A DNA stretch of 61,080 bases, the filler included, from Sluysia triapertura (taxonomy: Eukaryota): assembly GCA_046118255.1 (NCBI GenBank). It is 5 parts of 5 records of this genome, joined end to end, with 100 filler letters (N's around TTAATTAATTAA, not from the genome) between each part and the next. Parts side by side here need not be neighbours in the genome. Positions count along the whole stretch, not along the records: positions 50,288 to 61,080 come from JBJNIA010193394.1; 4 more parts are not named here. One strand, given 5' to 3'. The notes under the pieces are model-generated. The model saw nothing but the letters and a program-made list of their open reading frames with translations, ran no database searches and had not been told where the DNA came from. Of this stretch, positions 55,216-61,080 are shown piece by piece. A program made the translations under genes and the position numbers. The first letter of the stretch is position 1. Every line of letters begins with the position of its first letter.

Positions 55216-58200
55216 AGCAACTTGAATAAAATAGTAATAAATAAAACTTAATACATTCAAAAATAAAAGCATAAAATAAAAACTGAATGCAAGAATAGCA
55301 ACATAAAAATAAAATAATTTTTGAAAATTTATTAAACAAAATAAATGTTACTATTATAGTAAAAAGTAACAAATTGGAATACAGTTCAATAATTCTAGTA
55401 AGATATTTATCTTGTAACTTAATTTTAAAGACCGAACAACATGCAATAAAATTTATATAAAATTCGAGAACAAATTTAGCGAATAAAAACACATTGCTAC
55501 AACAAAAGGAATAAGACCCTGAGCACAAAAGAAGTCCCACGAGCACAGATAAAAATAGATAAAAAATAAAATACACCTACACGAATCATAATATTTTTTG
55601 ATGCATATGTTCTTTTTCCGCGTATCTCTTATTCTTGAATAGATAACGGCTTGCTTCTATAATTGAATTTTAAACTACACTTTGTTTTCTTTGGTATTCG
55701 TGAATCGAATTGGAGTAACATACGTGGTGCACTGGCACCTTATGTATATAACTTTATCTTCTGGATCGCATCTGGTGCTCCAACGTTAACGTCAAAATCC
55801 TAATTTTAAATTTAAAATTCAATTCTTACATATCAGGTGCCCTAAATTCAGAGTGTTATTTCTCAAAAAATCTTTTGGTATTACTAAGATCGCTTGATTC
55901 CACTTATGCATTAGTTGCCCCAGAACCAGCTCCTGCCGTTAATTTGTGGTCAGTTCTATTTTCACGACCAACTTTTAAAGCCTTATCGATAGGTTTTTTA
56001 AACTTCTTCATTTCAAAATAAGCAACATGGTGCAGTTTGATAGGCATAGCATATTATCAATAGCTCAAAAAACCAGTGCGTTTGTTTCTTACTGAGGTCT
56101 AAATCAATCGCTTCTTCATTAATTCGGTAAAAATATTCGAATCCAGTGGCTCTGCACGAGCGTCCTTTTGTTCATTCACATTCGATCAGATTAGAATATT
56201 CAGCATCATTTAATGTTTTTGGCATGTTCTACCTTTACAATATACAGGTGAGTTTTCGCTATACAAAACGTGATGTGTACTAACCAAAGTAACAGTTTTT
56301 GAATAATTATTAATGGCATTTTTCATATTACTATTTTGTAGGCACTGATTACATTTAAATTTCAACTCTGGCATTTTGAAGAAATTTCATAACGTGTACA
56401 ATTTCTTTTGAAAAAATTGACAATCTAAAAATAATCAACAATAAATATACGAAAACACGAAAACAGATTAACAGTTTAATATTATGCATTCTTATAGAAA
56501 TATACTTTTTATTCCGACTCACGCCTGGCTGAATATTCAAACAAAACTTTGTTATTCTTCATTCTAAACATGAATGTCTAACAAACTTTTCTACAATTCT
56601 TTCTTCTATATCACTTAACTTATACTGGCTCAGCTCATCCTGTAAAATGTTCTTTTCAATTTCATGTATTTCTGCTTTTTATTTTGCCTTATATAACTAA
56701 ATCAACTACAATGTCGTCATTGTTTCTCCGGTTGTGCGAAATAGATTTTTCTTTTCTTTTTAGTATTTAAACTATAACTTGGAAATTCCTAAAATGGAGA
56801 GCCTCGTAATAAATATCCATTCTGCATGATTGAGAAGTACATGTGATGGTCCTACTTTATTTTATTAATTAGGAAGATTGTGTTGTTATTATTTGACTTA
56901 AGGTCCCGAATTGAATGGTTAAACTTGGAAAGCTTATAATTATAATCATGCTTAAGGCCTGTTATTATTGAAAAATATAACGAAAAGTATTAAATTCCTC
57001 CATTTATTACTGTAAAATTAGTGACAATCACAACATAAACATTAACTAAAAATGAGTCAATAGAAACTACCACCACACAAATGTTTAAGGGCAATGATCA
57101 CTTCAGTTCGGCTGGTTTATCTTTATTAGTGGTTAAAAATATTCAGATACTTACCGCGTCGTAATTTGAAATCAAATTCATTTTATTCTTAAAATTTACA
57201 GATTTTGCATTTAATCTTCTAGTAGTTGAAAGAAGTTGTTGTTTACTGTTATTTAAAAATGTTAACATAAATTTCTTAAGCTTTTAAAAACGAAATGTCA
57301 AAACATAAAATATTTGGCATCTAACACTCTAACAAAAGAGTAAAAGATAAATATTTCTTTAAATTTTAAGTCTGACTTAGTTCAGAAGTTACCTTTAAAC
57401 AAATACTTGGCACAAAAAATATAACAGTTTTAAAATCACAAAAAGGTATATTAAATATTCTCTACTTATCTAATTGATAAAATTGAAGTAGCAACTGTAA
57501 AAGAATGACTTCGAATAGCATTCGTTTACATTGAGCAAATACATCATTTAAGTATAAATTTTCGATTACAAAAGCATCTACAATATTAAATTTATCTGAT
57601 TTCAATGTCAGACAATGCAGTTAACATTTTCTCTGTCAGTAGTGATGAATTACTGTTTTTGTAAAGTGATCATCATTTACTACGATCTACTACCAAACAT
57701 TTACACCTACTAATACCTTATGTAGTCGCGATCTACCTTAAATGAAACCAAAACATAATAGATAATGGAATTAATTAAATTAATTAAAATTGTAATAAAA
57801 ATAAAATATAAGGTTGTAGAATAATTTAACTAGATTACAATAGTTGTTGACTTCTAAAAATACTATTTACATTAAATAGAAACCAAATATTTATGAATTG
57901 ATGACTTTTTTTGCTATCTTACATACATGTTTGTAAATAATAAATTTAAAATATGCCCTCATTTTCATTGATAAGATTAACTTTTCTTCAATTTATATTG
58001 ATTCTCTTCGTTATCTTCCTCGATACATATTATATTCCTTGGCTTCGTCGTTAATTAAATCAAATCTTTTAAATCATTAACAGAAATATTGACTTGATCA
58101 ACATTATCGAGCAAAAACTTTGCTTTATTTAAATAATATGAAATTTCAATTAAAAAATTACAAATCAATTACAACTTTTCAATGTGAGATTCATTGATTT

Positions 58201-59156
58201 TTTTAAAAAACGCTAGCCGAAAAATGTGTACTTTTAATATGTAAAAATGATTGGGTTTTACGCTGCACAATTTTCACATGCACACATTCTCATTTCATTG
58301 GTTGGCCAGACTGTTAAAATAAATGTCATAACAATTAGGGCCTATTATTATTAATGCTAATATTAAATAATAAAATTAAATAAAATTTAAACTGCTTTGA
58401 CGGATATCGGAACTTTTTAAAAGACTTAATAAACTTTTGGATGTCCTAAAAAGTTTTTATTGAGTGTTTTATGAATTGTACTGTAGTAAAATTAAGCGTT
58501 ATGAACTGCGCTTTATCGAATAGTGATGGTAGTTGAAAAGACGAATGTAAAGTTCAGATGTTATATTTAATTGAATATTGTAGTCATTTAAAATCTTTTT
58601 AGTAAGCGTAGGTTGAAATATTATTAATTATTATTACTTTTTTTATTTTACTTGTATTTTATATCCTTGCAACATATCTCTGTTTTCAGAATCTCACTAG
58701 AACTAGTTTCGATTATTGTTTAGTTAATTTGTAGACGAACAAGACTTAATGAATAAAAATCTAGACTTAAAAATAAAATATCTAGTTATCGATAAATTTT
58801 AAATAAACCAAGTTATAAATATAAATGTGAGATACGATTGCAGGTGTATAAGGATCGGAAAATGTAATAATGAAAGATTGGGTATAAAATATTGAGATTG
58901 TGAGAATTTTTAAAAGTACATCAATGTTTGTAAATTGAATGGTTTTGGGTTTTGACTGAGCACAACTAATTCCTACCTCATTATCTTTTTAATACTATTC
59001 GAGTGAAGGAATGCAATTCCTACATAAAGATGCATTCAAGCAGAATATCTTAAAATTCTTTGAAGACGATTAGCACAATTTAGGTCAAAAATAAATTATA
59101 TTCGACAAATAGATAAATGTTTTAATTGATCAATCAATATGATTTTTAATGTTTAG

Positions 59157-59545
59157 AATTTTCCAAAATACATTCCAATATTTCTAGCGTTGAAAAATCC
59201 AGAAGACTACCAAAGCATACGCTACTTTTTTTCTATATTCGATACAATGAGTCGTGGTTATATCGCTGTAACTGACATGTCGATTTTTGTGGAATCTTTA
59301 ATAAAAAAAGTTCGATGTTTATTAGACAGTGATTATGTAGCAGTTGATGAGACACTGATTTCATTCAAAAAGAAATATCTGTCCAGAAAACCAGAATACA
59401 TACACATTCATTTATTACTGTCAGAGGAAGTTAGAGATTATGCCAGACGAAGAGTGGTCCTACAGACTTATTACAACTATTTATTCGACTTAGCGTTTGT
59501 ATCGAATAATGATAAAGTTTATATGAAGGATTTGATGAATTGCAT
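59157..59545 (+). CDS. Exon of a PP2A regulatory subunit B'' family (PPP2R3C-like) EF-hand protein, divergent
   Basis: NFPKYIPIFLALKNPEDYQSIRYFFSIFDTMSRGYI...YLFDLAFVSNNDKVYMKDLMNC aligns by eye to the B'' pattern Y..FVLALEN......L.Y.F..LD....GYL...IFDM......KI...DL..C. Acceptor tttag at 59156 and probable donor gttagt at 59546. Flanking exons are unclear. Confidence 0.7.
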
Positions 59546-60355
59546 GTTAGTATTGATAAAATTATTTAGAAACGATTTTGTGATTGGTTTATAATTTAAA
59601 TTATTGTAAACGTTTAACTCAAATTATATTAAGTATCGTATTTCGTCGATTAAGTAACCGTCTCTAATGAGGGAAATGGAAGTGCAAATTCTTACAGATT
59701 GATTTGTGAACTGTTTTATTTTAGTATTCCAGATTGTCAAAAGATCCGTCTAATATTTTACATCAAATAATAATTGTAATTGTGTAATAAAATTTTCTTC
59801 TCAAAAATCAGTAAAAAAACTCTACTAATAATATACATATACATATGTATGTATATATTATATTTCTGGCAAGTTTACTCAGAAATTTGGTTCATTTCGT
59901 TCTGTATACTTTGTTTTAGTTGATCAATTATCCTAGGCTTTTGAGCATAAACTGCGTTCTTTAGAACTCCCCATATAAAAATTCAGGCGGAGTCAGATCA
60001 GGGAATCTAGCAGGCGTCCAATCCAAAACCCAGAAAATGTTTCTTCAAGCATTGTCGAACCAATTTCAATTATGTATTCGTTTAATCATAGTATAATTCA
60101 TATTATTAGTTATTTTTTCTTTATCTATATTAATACGTTTTCTAATATTTGATATTTATTCTCGATAAATGTTAATTATTTCTTCAGACCAGAAACTGTC
60201 CAAGATTTTTTTATGAATTTATATTCAAGCTTTTCTTTTATTAATGTTTGTCTACGTGGTGATATTTTTATACCTTGTTTAGATGTGTGGTAGCTTCATT
60301 ATGGTAAGATTGCAGAAATTTTGTTTGCTTGCTTAATTGAAATATAAGACGTACT

Positions 60356-60435
60356 AATATAATAAAAGTAAAAATAATAAAATAATATAATAAAAGTAAA
60401 AAATAATAAAATAATATAATAAAAGTAAAAATAAG
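60356..60435. repeat. 28-29 bp A-rich tandem repeat, about 3 copies
   Basis: Unit taatataataaaagtaaaaataataaaa. Confidence 0.8.
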
Positions 60436-61033
60436 AAATGTTGATAAAATAAGTCAATTTTATTGGAGGTAATTAACGGGGGAAGAACATAGTCAGTAGT
60501 AACTTTAATTTAATTTAATATTGCTATGGTTTTTGCTTGGTTTCAGAATAAAAGAATAATAAAAGTGAGTTCAGCAACGTACTAGAGTAACCGGTTAGGG
60601 TTAGCCGTTAGATTTTAGAAACAATTAAGTATGGGAGGTCAAATGCGAAATATAATCAATAATCTTAGAGATTTGATTAATTTACTCGAATGGCTTATGA
60701 TTAAGTATTTTTTAACAAATTCATTAAAAGAATTCGGAGCTAAGTTATTTGCTATAAAACCCTTAAAAGGATTTAGAAAATAAAAAAATCTATCAAAAAG
60801 ATTAAAGAATAATATTTAGCATTAATTAATTTTTTAAAGTTAAAGGAAAAGTCTTTAAATCAATATTAAAAATCAATTTATAGTAATATGTAATAAAATT
60901 ATAAGGATTGACTGAAAAATAGTCAATTCACTCTGTTATAATCGTTATAATATTTTGAGTATATATTACGACGTAACAAGTTTACAAGTTATATTCAATT
61001 ATCAATAGTGTTGTCGTGCTAGACTTCGTAAAA

Positions 61034-61080
61034 TGGACTGACCGGGGATCGAACCCGGGACCATCGTCTGCGCAGTCGAT
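61034..61080 (-). tRNA. 3' part of a tRNA-like Pol III gene (truncated by window end; possible pseudo-tRNA or SINE head)
   Basis: The minus strand has a perfect T-arm CCGGG-TTCGATC-CCCGG (B box), a 3' acceptor strand TCAGTCC-A, then a TTTT terminator. The anticodon arm is irregular, so the isotype is not assignable. Confidence 0.75.

Overview
Very AT-rich eukaryotic (animal) genomic DNA from a draft scaffold, with one plain N gap and four artificial 100-nt N-TTAATTAATTAA-N spacers. It is not prokaryotic, and I see no CRISPR array, rRNA or operon. Spliced genes reconstructed by hand: the 3' two exons of an SLC5 (SGLT/SMIT-type) sodium-solute symporter (+), an EHD/RME-1 dynamin-like ATPase lacking its EH-domain exon (-), and an M14A metallocarboxypeptidase with seven located exons (-). 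There is also a PP2A B''-family exon (+), an unassigned low-complexity exon (-), a TTLL polyglutamylase fragment, a decayed cadherin-like gene, and a candidate small secreted peptide with a 1-nt frameshift. Several introns are only 33-39 nt. That and the EHD sequence suggest a flatworm-like invertebrate (inference only). Intergenic DNA holds L2/CR1-type LINE 3' ends, solo-LTR-like repeats, pogo/Tigger, Tc1 and Penelope-like relics, (ATT)n microsatellites, and a tRNA-like Pol III unit cut by the window end. The most unusual observation is a 47-bp GC-rich motif able to form a pseudoknot or hairpin. It occurs as two inverted copies bracketing the truncated EHD gene and the TTLL fragment. I found no confidently novel system; every recognisable gene is incomplete in the window.
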